37,720 nt of DNA from positions 1-37,720 of the IMG/VR virus record IMGVR_UViG_3300028601_000010. The stretch is one strand, 5' to 3'. This document shows positions 14,093-21,988 of the stretch, in pieces (position 1 is the stretch's first letter; each line of letters begins with the position of its first letter). Source of the DNA: a virus. Position numbers and translations under genes: made by a program. The notes beneath the pieces were generated by a model, which had not been told where the DNA came from, made no database searches, and saw only the letters and a program-made list of their open reading frames with translations.

Positions 14093-14844
14093 GGGTTCAT
14101 CTCGCCGGTATAGGAGTTTATCAAAGACATATGTGGGAGTCAAAACCACCTTATACCTTATATAATTTTTATAGCCCTACCAAAGGGGATATTAAATATT
14201 CACATTCTAATCACTGTAAAGGATATTTAGTGGATTCTGGGGCATTCAGTTTTATGAACTCATCCAATATTAAAGGTGAGGTTAATTTTGATCAGTATGT
14301 GAAAGACTATGCTAAATTCTTAGTTGAGAATAAAGTTAAAAGATATTTTGAATTGGATATTGACTCTATAGTTGGTCTTAAACAAGTTGAGAAATATCGT
14401 ACATATTTAGAGAATGAAACTGGGATCCAATCAATACCTGTATTTCATAAATCCCGTGGTAAAGATTATTTCTTACAGATGATTGATGAATATGATTATG
14501 TATCTATAGGTGGAATTGTAACAAAGGAAATTAAGAGGTCTGAATTACCTCTTTTGAAATGGTTTATTGATATGGCTCATAAAAATAACACTCAGATACA
14601 TGGGTTAGGATTAACTAATGTTCCTATGTTGAAGAAACTAAATTTTGACTCGGTAGATTCTACATCATGGGTGTGTGGGAGGTATGGTACTATAATGAGA
14701 TTTAATCCTGTAACACATATATTTGATAAATTTAATTTTTCTGATGTATGTCCTAACACACGAATGCAAAACTCAGATGAACTTGTTCCCATAAATATTA
14801 AGGAATGGGTTAAGTTTCAATATTGGGCGGAAAACAACCTATGA
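14089..14844 (+). CDS. dpdA: DpdA-like 7-deazaguanine DNA transglycosylase (TGT superfamily)
   Basis: TTG start in a TTGA overlap, with GGAGGAG 11 nt upstream. Landmarks are LVDSGAFSF (compare TGT DSGGFQ), IHGLGLT and NFDSVDSTSW. Confidence 0.8.
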   Translation: MRVHLAGIGVYQRHMWESKPPYTLYNFYSPTKGDIKYSHSNHCKGYLVDSGAFSFMNSSNIKGEVNFDQYVKDYAKFLVENKVKRYFELDIDSIVGLKQVEKYRTYLENETGIQSIPVFHKSRGKDYFLQMIDEYDYVSIGGIVTKEIKRSELPLLKWFIDMAHKNNTQIHGLGLTNVPMLKKLNFDSVDSTSWVCGRYGTIMRFNPVTHIFDKFNFSDVCPNTRMQNSDELVPINIKEWVKFQYWAENNL

Positions 14845-14930
14845 TATTTGAGAGATAATCATATATATGATAACACTTATATTTATGCATATCTTATTAT
14901 TGAATAAACAGAATAATATTTAGGTAAACC

Positions 14931-15338
14931 ATGACTAAACCAAAGTTACCAGAGGACCTCCAGAAGAGAGGGCGCAAACCCATAGAGATAGATTATGACA
15001 TGGCAGAGAAATACTCATCTATTATGTGTACTCAGTCTGAAATCGCTTCTTTATTGGGCGTATCGTTATCAACATTGGAACATGACCCAGAATTTTTGCG
15101 GATTCATAAAAAAGGAATGGAGTCTGGCAAGGCATCTTTAAGGAGAATGCAATACGGTGCGGCCAAGAAAGGAAATGCCACTATGCTGATATGGTTAGGT
15201 AAACAATATTTAGGTCAGAATGACAAACAGGAAATAACAGGATTAATGGGTATCCAGTTTGTTGATAATGTGCCGAAAGACGCGACCAAACCAAACAGTA
15301 TGGCTGATAATTTAGATGAAGTTGAAGAAATATATTAA
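14931..15338 (+). CDS. Terminase small subunit
   Basis: HTH-like segment QSEIASLLGVSLSTLE. It lies directly upstream of TerL and overlaps it. The size is typical. Confidence 0.7.
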   Translation: MTKPKLPEDLQKRGRKPIEIDYDMAEKYSSIMCTQSEIASLLGVSLSTLEHDPEFLRIHKKGMESGKASLRRMQYGAAKKGNATMLIWLGKQYLGQNDKQEITGLMGIQFVDNVPKDATKPNSMADNLDEVEEIY

Positions 15339-17556
15339 AGATCTTTTAACCCCCGCTTTTTATCATGCGTGGTTAGCACTGACCGACCCGAAATATACGT
15401 ATTATGTGTTTAAGGGCGGTAGGAACTCCGGGAAAAGCACATTTGTATCTATGTGTATCATCATCCTGATGATGAAGTTCCCCGTGAATACTCTCGTCGT
15501 TCGTAAGGTGGCCAATACTCTCAGCGAGTCTGTTTATGAACAGCTGATAGAAGCCATTGAACTTTTAGGGGTTACGGACTACTGGAAACGGTCGAAATCC
15601 CCACTCGGCCTTACCTATCTGCCCACCGGAAACCGGATCATATTCCGGGGGGCTGATGACCCGATGAAGCTCAAGTCAATCAAAACCCATCGGTATCCTA
15701 TCGCTATTCTGTGGATTGAAGAGGTCACCGAGTTCAAGAACGAGGATGAAGTATCGACTATCGTAAACTCCGTTATCCGTGCTGGATTACCTGACGGTCT
15801 GAAATATCATATATTTTACACATACAACCCGCCGAGATCTCTTAGTTCGTGGGTCAATATCAAATACAATACCTCGCTTATATCCAATGATACGTATGTG
15901 CATCATTCGACGGTCAATGACAATCCATACCTTAGCAAACAGCTTAAAACCACGCTGATAGAGCTTAAAGCGACGAATCCCGAACGGTATAGATGGGAGT
16001 TCCTTGGCGAGGCTGTCGGGTCCGGAGTTATGCCGTTTGATAATCTCGTGTTCCGCGAGATCACAGACGAGGAGTTACGGGCCTTCGATAATTATCGGTG
16101 TGGTATTGACTGGGGATATGCCAACGATGCGTTTGCGTATGTCAGGTGGCATTACGACCGAACACGCCGGAAAATCTATGCAGTAGATGAACGGTATGGG
16201 GTTAGGCTGACTGACCGGTCTAATGCAGAATGGCTCAAAGCTAAAGGGTATGCGAACGACCATACGTATATCAAGGCGGACTCATCAGAACCAAAAACAA
16301 TTGACCTATATCAAAACGATTACAATGTAACTAATATGCTGGCGGCGACTAAAGGACCCGGCAGTGTTGAGTCAGGAGAAAAATGGTTGAACGATGAGAT
16401 ACTGGAGATTGTTATCGACGAGAGACGGACCCCGAATATAGGGCGGGAGTTTAGGACGATCGACTATGCTCGGACGAAGGATGGGACGATATTGAGCCGG
16501 TTAGTTGACTTTGACAACCATTGTATTGCAGAGGGGACACTGATTACAACCGACGAAGGACAAAGACCAATCGAAACGGTATGTATTGGTGATAAGGTCT
16601 TAACAAGAGATGGATTCAAACGAGTATCAAAGGTTTGGGATAATGGGGTTAAGGACGTTGTTTCGGTTAAATTATCTAATGGTTATTCATTGACAGCAAC
16701 CCACGACCATAAACTATTTGTTAACTCGGAAAGGTATATACCCATAGACACCATACGTTATACTGATGAAGTATGTTGCCTAAAAAAATCGTTTATGAAG
16801 GGATCCCTTACCGATTATCTGAAAATGGATATTATAGATCGTCCCGCTGTAGTAAAAACAATTTCACGACCAGATACTTACACCGTGCGATATGGGAAAC
16901 AGAAACCAATTCTAAGGTACCTGAAGGATATCATATTCACCACAAAAACGAGGATAAATCTAATAATGACATATCCAATCTTGAATGTATTAAAGGGTCA
17001 GAACATCTATCGTTTCACTCAAAGGGGTTTCATAAAAATAATCCAGAGTTTGCGAAAGCAAATTTGGATATCCAAAGACCACTCACCTTGGAATGGCATA
17101 GGTCAGAAGCCGGTCATTTGTGGCATACAGAACATGCTAAAACAAGTCTCGGGAGTAAAGAACCAACCAAACATATATGTGAACAATGCGGGAGAGAGTA
17201 TTTCGCGATCAATACCGGAAATAATAGATTTTGTTCAAACGCGTGCAAAGCAAAATACAGACGCGAATCTGGAGTTGATAACGTCACACGGATATGTAAG
17301 GAATGCGGCAAAGAGTTTGTATCATCCAGATTTAGCGACATTGAATGTTGTAGTCACGGGTGCGCAAATCGTATCGGTGCAAGACGCCGGAAAGATGCAA
17401 GTTTATGATTTAACTGTTGAAGATTCTCACGAATATTTTGCCAATGGTATCTTAGTCCACAATTGTATCGACGCCACACGTTACGCTTTTGAGGATGATA
17501 TAGGCGTTGGAACTTACGAGGATTATGGGTTTATGTCGGGCGGTGGACTGATATAA
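15316..17556 (+). CDS. Terminase large subunit (PBSX/Terminase_3-like) interrupted by a 314-aa intein
   Basis: Walker A KGGRNSGKS. The nuclease motif is split as DFDNH / CIDATRYAF. The extein totals 432 aa. Confidence 0.9.
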   Translation: MKLKKYIKDLLTPAFYHAWLALTDPKYTYYVFKGGRNSGKSTFVSMCIIILMMKFPVNTLVVRKVANTLSESVYEQLIEAIELLGVTDYWKRSKSPLGLTYLPTGNRIIFRGADDPMKLKSIKTHRYPIAILWIEEVTEFKNEDEVSTIVNSVIRAGLPDGLKYHIFYTYNPPRSLSSWVNIKYNTSLISNDTYVHHSTVNDNPYLSKQLKTTLIELKATNPERYRWEFLGEAVGSGVMPFDNLVFREITDEELRAFDNYRCGIDWGYANDAFAYVRWHYDRTRRKIYAVDERYGVRLTDRSNAEWLKAKGYANDHTYIKADSSEPKTIDLYQNDYNVTNMLAATKGPGSVESGEKWLNDEILEIVIDERRTPNIGREFRTIDYARTKDGTILSRLVDFDNHCIAEGTLITTDEGQRPIETVCIGDKVLTRDGFKRVSKVWDNGVKDVVSVKLSNGYSLTATHDHKLFVNSERYIPIDTIRYTDEVCCLKKSFMKGSLTDYLKMDIIDRPAVVKTISRPDTYTVRYGKQKPILRYLKDIIFTTKTRINLIMTYPILNVLKGQNIYRFTQRGFIKIIQSLRKQIWISKDHSPWNGIGQKPVICGIQNMLKQVSGVKNQPNIYVNNAGESISRSIPEIIDFVQTRAKQNTDANLELITSHGYVRNAAKSLYHPDLATLNVVVTGAQIVSVQDAGKMQVYDLTVEDSHEYFANGILVHNCIDATRYAFEDDIGVGTYEDYGFMSGGGLI
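16522..17463 (+). mobile_element. Intein in the TerL nuclease active-site region
   Basis: Block A CIAEGTLI, block B TATHDHKLF, blocks F/G VYDLTVEDSHEYFANGILVHN, followed by the +1 Cys (17464). The region is visibly more AT-rich than the exteins. Confidence 0.9.
16773..17408 (+). CDS. Free-standing HNH homing endonuclease, encoded entirely inside the intein but in the +2 frame relative to TerL
   Basis: Motifs are YLHRAIWE..GYHIHHKNEDKSNNDISNLE..EH, plus two CxxCG(K/R)E(F/Y)..FCS/CCS..C fingers. Two in-frame stops (16764, 16767) precede its ATG. Confidence 0.85.
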   Translation: MLPKKIVYEGIPYRLSENGYYRSSRCSKNNFTTRYLHRAIWETETNSKVPEGYHIHHKNEDKSNNDISNLECIKGSEHLSFHSKGFHKNNPEFAKANLDIQRPLTLEWHRSEAGHLWHTEHAKTSLGSKEPTKHICEQCGREYFAINTGNNRFCSNACKAKYRRESGVDNVTRICKECGKEFVSSRFSDIECCSHGCANRIGARRRKDASL

Positions 17557-17657
17557 TATCTCTCTTTTTTGTAAATACCTATACAAACAATAATCATTTA
17601 TAAGCGCGTATATACCACTCAATGCGTTATCAGACGTGATACGCCGGAAATATTGAC

Positions 17658-19013
17658 ATGCCAGTAGCAAAAAAGCCATCTAAAACCGAACCCGAAGGGG
17701 TTGTTTCGGGCGGGGTTCGCAATCTCCCTAAGAAAGTCACTGTAGAAACCGTCAGGGAATGGACGAATAGCGTATATCTTGCCAAGAATATTAAGGATTT
17801 TGGCGTGCAGATTTACCCCGAACCGCCGACAATTACCGTAATAAACGACGATAAAGAAGAGGAAGTCCCTGAATTAACGAAAGAAATTGCGCAGAACTTT
17901 AAAGATGTTCGGGCGTGGTCGGCCATTCAGAACGTATATCCTGACGTCGGGTTCTGGGGCGCGTCTCTAAATAGTATCGGGCGCGCTCGGGTTAATGGTA
18001 AATGGACTATCACCGAGATCAGACATCTTCCTGCCGAATCGTTCACGGGATATCAGACTGGAACCATTATTAATCCACTGTTACCGGGTATTACACTCGA
18101 TTCGGACGGCACACCTATGTTTTTCCAGACGGATTATGAAACATACCAGACCAAACTCCTCACCAATGTAACATCTATTACAGATCTTTCCACCCCGAAA
18201 TATGCGGGTAAGGCCATTTGTTATCCGTTGTATAGGCTGATGGCAACGATCGAACTGGTAGATACAGCACTGTGTCAGCAGATTAACCGCATCGGTGCGC
18301 CCACTATCATGCCGCAGGTCAATCCTGACTATACACCGAAACCTACCAAAGCCGATATAACAACGTGGTTTACCGCGTTTGCCAAACGGTGGGGTAAGGA
18401 TTCTGCGTTTGTCATACCCCCGTGGGCAACGTTCCCGGAGTTGAGGATTAGAGAGAGCACGTCTGCCGCCGACCTGAAAGCCGTGCTTGTCAAGTATATC
18501 AACGATTATTTCAATCCCCTATCAGCATTCCAAACCGAGTCACGGGCCCTTGGCACCTCAGACTCAACCCGTGGTCAGGTCTATGCGGATTATATTAAGA
18601 GTCTGCAGGAGATGTCGGTCGAATGGTTAGAGCGGGAGTATAACACAATCCTTGAAATGAATGGGTACGTTAACCATTCGTGTCACATCGAGTTGAAACG
18701 CCCGACCGTTGATAAAACATCCGCCAAACTGGAACAAATCAAGGTAGGTATCGCCGGGAAGAGCCTGACCAAAGCCGAAATACGGAACAACTTAAATGAT
18801 CTCGAATTGCAGGAGACCACCCCAGAGCTTGAATTAGCTTTGGAAAAAGAGTATCAAGCCGCAGGAGGGTTTGGTTTCGGGAATGTCGCCGATGTAGAGA
18901 ACTTTACATCACCTGAGGAGAAAATCATGTCCGATACTGAGAAGCGCATCATCGAACTTAACCGGAAGGCAATGGACGGGATATACGGAATAATGAACTT
19001 GCCCACGGAGTAA
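17658..19013 (+). CDS. Portal protein (called by synteny and size)
   Basis: A 451-aa ORF between TerL and the MuF/gp7-like gene. No motif verified by eye. Confidence 0.7.
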   Translation: MPVAKKPSKTEPEGVVSGGVRNLPKKVTVETVREWTNSVYLAKNIKDFGVQIYPEPPTITVINDDKEEEVPELTKEIAQNFKDVRAWSAIQNVYPDVGFWGASLNSIGRARVNGKWTITEIRHLPAESFTGYQTGTIINPLLPGITLDSDGTPMFFQTDYETYQTKLLTNVTSITDLSTPKYAGKAICYPLYRLMATIELVDTALCQQINRIGAPTIMPQVNPDYTPKPTKADITTWFTAFAKRWGKDSAFVIPPWATFPELRIRESTSAADLKAVLVKYINDYFNPLSAFQTESRALGTSDSTRGQVYADYIKSLQEMSVEWLEREYNTILEMNGYVNHSCHIELKRPTVDKTSAKLEQIKVGIAGKSLTKAEIRNNLNDLELQETTPELELALEKEYQAAGGFGFGNVADVENFTSPEEKIMSDTEKRIIELNRKAMDGIYGIMNLPTE

Positions 19014-19019
19014 TAAGTC

Positions 19020-19751
19020 GTGGTATCGAAACAGCAACAGACCCAAATAGATAAGCTCATGCGATTACGACAGACCGCTATGGCTACCATTTACGCGCAG
19101 GCGGCACGAGAGATGTCTATGGTTGCATCGCAAGAAGCGTTGTCAGGGTTGGCAAAGACGGGATACACGGTCGCAAGTGCACAAGGTATCACAGATAAGA
19201 TAGTATCCGATTACACCCGTAATATCCTCAATGGCGGCACAGACTGTATAGAGCGTGTTCTGGCGCTTCAACCCAACGGGATGTATAAAGCAACCACCCG
19301 ACAGACGTTCGTGCCTTGGCTGGCTGATATGAGCGTCAGAGACACATCTAACATTATCACCCTGATAGGCGACGCGGAAAAGGCGGGTGTTCACCCTCGA
19401 CAGATAGCCAAAGAGTTAGAGGGATACTTCGAAGGAACTCGACACAACGCTATGACTGCCGCCCGGACAGAGGCGAGTAAGATCCGTAATGATGCACGGT
19501 CTGCATCGTTTGAAGAGTCTGGAGTCCAGTATGTTGAGTATGTGACAGCGGGAGACGAACTTGTCAGACCTGAACATGCGATGCGGAACGGGAAGATATA
19601 CGAACATAGGAGCGCTCCAATGCTCGGGGAGTTCCAATGCAGGTGCTTGCTAGTCCCAGCGGATTATAAGGTCAATCGGAAAGGGGCCAAAGTGACCGAA
19701 TCCGAGGCCGAGTATCTGACTAAAGATCAAGCAGGGATGGTGTCAGCATGA
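19020..19751 (+). CDS. Minor head protein, Mu F / SPP1 gp7 family
   Basis: The hallmark motif DELVRPEHAMRNGKIYE. GTG start. Confidence 0.8.
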   Translation: MVSKQQQTQIDKLMRLRQTAMATIYAQAAREMSMVASQEALSGLAKTGYTVASAQGITDKIVSDYTRNILNGGTDCIERVLALQPNGMYKATTRQTFVPWLADMSVRDTSNIITLIGDAEKAGVHPRQIAKELEGYFEGTRHNAMTAARTEASKIRNDARSASFEESGVQYVEYVTAGDELVRPEHAMRNGKIYEHRSAPMLGEFQCRCLLVPADYKVNRKGAKVTESEAEYLTKDQAGMVSA

Positions 19752-20026
19752 GCCGACTTCCAGCGCTTACACGTGACCAGAGGCAGACGATTGCCGAGAA
19801 CCTATACCTATTCCCCGCTGATATTATGCGTATGTCTGGGATGGAAAACGTGTCAAAAGGACAGATAATCGCTGAACAGAAGCGGATTAGGGAGAGAGAC
19901 AACACCCCTGACTCCGAGTATCTGTATTATATAATAACAAATTATATCGAAAAGCACGGATTACGGGCTATTTACTCAAATGGCGTCTTTGGCTGGCTTG
20001 AATCACTCAAACCACCCAAAAAATAA
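19748..20026 (+). CDS. Hypothetical protein (92 aa)
   Basis: ATGA overlap with the upstream gene. It is followed by the IR-R hairpins and T-runs. Confidence 0.6.
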   Translation: MSRLPALTRDQRQTIAENLYLFPADIMRMSGMENVSKGQIIAEQKRIRERDNTPDSEYLYYIITNYIEKHGLRAIYSNGVFGWLESLKPPKK

Positions 20027-20168
20027 TTTATTATTTTATATACTTATCCCATTTATTTATAACGCCTATTATAAAATAAGGCGAGCTGTTTCCGAGCTCC
20101 GTTTGCCAAACGGGCTTTTGTATGGGTGTAGATTTTTTTCAAAAATATTAAATTCTTAAAAAACAATA

Positions 20169-20210
20169 CCCCCTGTCCGGGGGCCCGTCCACCCGCCCCC
20201 CTCCACCCCC
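20169..20210. other. GC island in IR-R with C-runs on the plus strand (20184..20210), next to a 37-nt pure A/T tract (20228..20264)
   Basis: The sequence ccccctgtccgggggcccgtccacccgcccccctccaccccc. The C-rich strand is the plus strand in both IR copies. Confidence 0.7.
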
Positions 20211-20343
20211 ACAGTAATACACTACTCTAATATTATATATAATAATATATATATATATATAATACTAGTAGTATAGAGTTAGATTGGTAAATCGCGCCCA
20301 AATTCGGCTCCGAATATTTTCTAACCCTCTATTGTAAACAAAT

Positions 20344-20367
20344 ATTAAATTATAAGATTTTAATATT
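20344..20367. promoter_or_regulatory. Second copy of the 24-nt 9-9-9 site. The full arms here are AATATTAAA / TTTAATATT.
   Basis: Exact 24-nt identity with 158..181 in direct orientation. The perfect 9-bp inverted arms span 20341..20367. Confidence 0.8.
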
Positions 20368-20377
20368 ATAGATAGAT

Positions 20378-20391
20378 AAGTATATATATTT
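20378..20391 (+). promoter_or_regulatory. Promoter palindrome variant AAGTATATATATTT for 20426..20650 and the micro-ORF operon
   Basis: Part of IR-R. It has a GATAGATA upstream flank and the same GAAGCTAATATAGTAAGTAGAGGAAAGACAAA-ATG leader as IR-L. Confidence 0.7.
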
Positions 20392-20425
20392 TGGAAGCTA
20401 ATATAGTAAGTAGAGGAAAGACAAA

Positions 20426-20650
20426 ATGAAATCAAACGAGCTTAAAAACCTGAGAAGAAATTTAGCAAGACTTTCTAAGAATTGTAAGAGGATCACCGAG
20501 GACCCGACCTTTAATCAGGAGTTGAAAGAAAAAATTATCCGGTCTACAATCATCGGTAAAAACGCGGTAATGATAGAAGGCCTTAGAATCCTCAACATAG
20601 AGGAAACAACCGACCTTAGAAAATACTGCGAAAAACTTAATTTTTATTAA
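20426..20650 (+). CDS. Hypothetical protein (74 aa), first gene after IR-R
   Basis: Shares its promoter, leader and SD with 37353..37688. A T-run follows immediately after the stop. Confidence 0.65.
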   Translation: MKSNELKNLRRNLARLSKNCKRITEDPTFNQELKEKIIRSTIIGKNAVMIEGLRILNIEETTDLRKYCEKLNFY

Positions 20651-20711
20651 TCTCTTTTTTTCCCGGACTGCCTAACCTGATGCGTCAGGCGGGCACGGAG
20701 AAGAAACTAGA

Positions 20712-20804
20712 ATGGTAGCCTTAAATCATGACTACGACGTTGATTATCGCACTCGGATTATCGCAGTATCGGCATTCGAAGCATTAGTTATGTTGGATGG
20801 ATAG
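20712..20804 (+). CDS. Micro-ORF (30 aa), tentative
   Basis: Hand-translated. GGAG lies 11 nt upstream. Its stop is adjacent to the next ATG. Confidence 0.3.
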   Translation: MVALNHDYDVDYRTRIIAVSAFEALVMLDG

Positions 20805-20805
20805 G

Positions 20806-20970
20806 ATGATACCAAGTCAATGTGAAACATGTACGGAGGGGCTATATAATCCAGATCATAACAGATGCAATAATACATTGGATGATATTAAAAAAGTATT
20901 TTATTGCAAGTTCGCCAATGGGGGACGTGGAGCATGCGACGAAAGATATGTTACAGGTGAATTAATATGA
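20806..20970 (+). CDS. Cys-rich micro-protein (54 aa)
   Basis: Hand translation gives MIPSQCETCTEG..RCNN..YCKF..GACDE. Its stop overlaps the next start (ATGA). Confidence 0.5.
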   Translation: MIPSQCETCTEGLYNPDHNRCNNTLDDIKKVFYCKFANGGRGACDERYVTGELI

Positions 20971-21137
20971 CTGATTCATGGTATATTGTCGTGGATCATA
21001 CAGTCTGCCTAAATCATCTCCGCGGTACGTGTAATGCGTATAATGATGGAGTATCACGCATATGTTGCCGTGAGAATTGCGTTATGTGCATCATCGAGAA
21101 AAAAGAATTACTGAAAGATAATAGGAGTGAAGAATGA
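20967..21137 (+). CDS. Cys-rich micro-protein (56 aa)
   Basis: Hand translation gives MTDSWYIVVDHTVCLNHLRGTCNAYNDGVSRICCRENCVMC. ATGA overlaps at both ends. Confidence 0.5.
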   Translation: MTDSWYIVVDHTVCLNHLRGTCNAYNDGVSRICCRENCVMCIIEKKELLKDNRSEE

Positions 21138-21283
21138 CATCCGAGAGAATGAAAGAGATAAACCGAGAATGGCGTAAGGCATGTATGCCGATATACATCA
21201 AGATATTTACATTAGTAACTATTTTCTTCATAATTATGACGATAGTCTCGATTATAGGGGCTATTATTACAGGGGGTTTATAA
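21134..21283 (+). CDS. Single-pass membrane micro-protein (49 aa)
   Basis: Hydrophobic stretch IFTLVTIFFIIMTIVSIIGAII. ATGA overlap upstream. Confidence 0.5.
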   Translation: MTSERMKEINREWRKACMPIYIKIFTLVTIFFIIMTIVSIIGAIITGGL

Positions 21284-21285
21284 TT

Positions 21286-21438
21286 ATGAGTGATTGCTTT
21301 GATTGTAAATTTTGGGAAGAGGATGAGCGGGATATGGAGTATGCATATGGCACATGTAGCAATCCGTTACGGGAGGATACAGAAGACCCGGTCGAGATTA
21401 CTGACTGCCCAATGTGGAGGCGAAGGTATGATAATTGA
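21286..21438 (+). CDS. Cys-rich acidic micro-protein (50 aa)
   Basis: Internal Met36 of ORF 21181..21438. Sequence MSDCFDCKFWEE..GTCSNP..DCPMW. Confidence 0.5.
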   Translation: MSDCFDCKFWEEDERDMEYAYGTCSNPLREDTEDPVEITDCPMWRRRYDN

Positions 21439-21649
21439 CACTATCGACAAAAAGGAACTTGAGTTGCATACGTCAGCTCCTTCGGTTGAGTTGGCAAATG
21501 ACGCCGCAAGAAACGCGAGATGTAAGGGGTGTGACCATATGCAACTTGTTTACATGAACACCCCGGGACTGCCAATGCGGTATGCATGTAAGGATCTTGG
21601 ATTCAGACTCTGTGTTGATATCTGCGATGATGCATGCCCCCGGATCTAG
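21428..21649 (+). CDS. Cys-rich small protein (73 aa) with a DTIDKKEL N-terminus
   Basis: Internal Met47 of ORF 21290..21649. Contains CKGC..C..C..C..C. Confidence 0.5.
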   Translation: MIIDTIDKKELELHTSAPSVELANDAARNARCKGCDHMQLVYMNTPGLPMRYACKDLGFRLCVDICDDACPRI

Positions 21650-21668
21650 GAAAGAGGCGAAGGATAAA

Positions 21669-21842
21669 ATGACTGACACTATCGACAAAAAGGAACTTAT
21701 CTTAAAGATAATCCTACTCAGGGAAAATATAGAAGAGTGCGCCGAAGAAGTAGACGGGCCGCACTGGAGAGCATACAAATCATCATATTATAGAGGGTAT
21801 CTGGATGCTGTATCCGATATCTTAAACAAGATATACGAATAA
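21669..21842 (+). CDS. Small protein (57 aa) with a DTIDKKEL N-terminus
   Basis: Internal Met30 of ORF 21582..21842, with a purine-rich SD. It shares a 25-nt exact repeat (21674-21698 = 21436-21460) with the previous gene. Confidence 0.5.
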   Translation: MTDTIDKKELILKIILLRENIEECAEEVDGPHWRAYKSSYYRGYLDAVSDILNKIYE

Positions 21843-21846
21843 TAAT

Positions 21847-21988
21847 ATCTCGAAGAATGAATTAATCTCTTAGATGTAAAAACCTCGAATAAAAACCTCG
21901 AAGAATAAATTCATCTCTTAGATACAAGAACCTCGAATAAAAACCTCGAAGAATAAAATCTATCTCTTAGATCTAAAAACCTCGAATG
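21847..21988 (+). repeat. Iteron array B: reverse complement of array A. It has 5 full copies of AA(A/G)AACCTCGAA(T/G), 3 copies of ATCTCTTAGAT, and a ~49-nt higher-order unit.
   Basis: Copies at 21878-21890, 21891-21903, 21926-21938, 21939-21951 and 21975-21987. ATCTCTTAGAT at 21865, 21913 and 21962. The array lies immediately upstream of the structural operon start at 22063. Confidence 0.9.

Larger units (their letters stand above)
20021..20428 (+). repeat. IR-R: inverted partner of IR-L with the same block order, read on the plus strand
   Basis: See IR-L. It lies between the stop of 19748..20026 and the ATG of 20426..20650, co-directional with local transcription, just as IR-L does on the other strand. 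Confidence 0.9.

Noticed and set aside
16522-17463. The intein's central region as an in-frame LAGLIDADG or HNH endonuclease domain
   Set aside because: In the terminase frame the central ~200 residues show no LAGLIDADG, HNH, GIY-YIG or other catalytic motif. The HNH motifs appear only in the +2 frame, behind two stops and an ATG.
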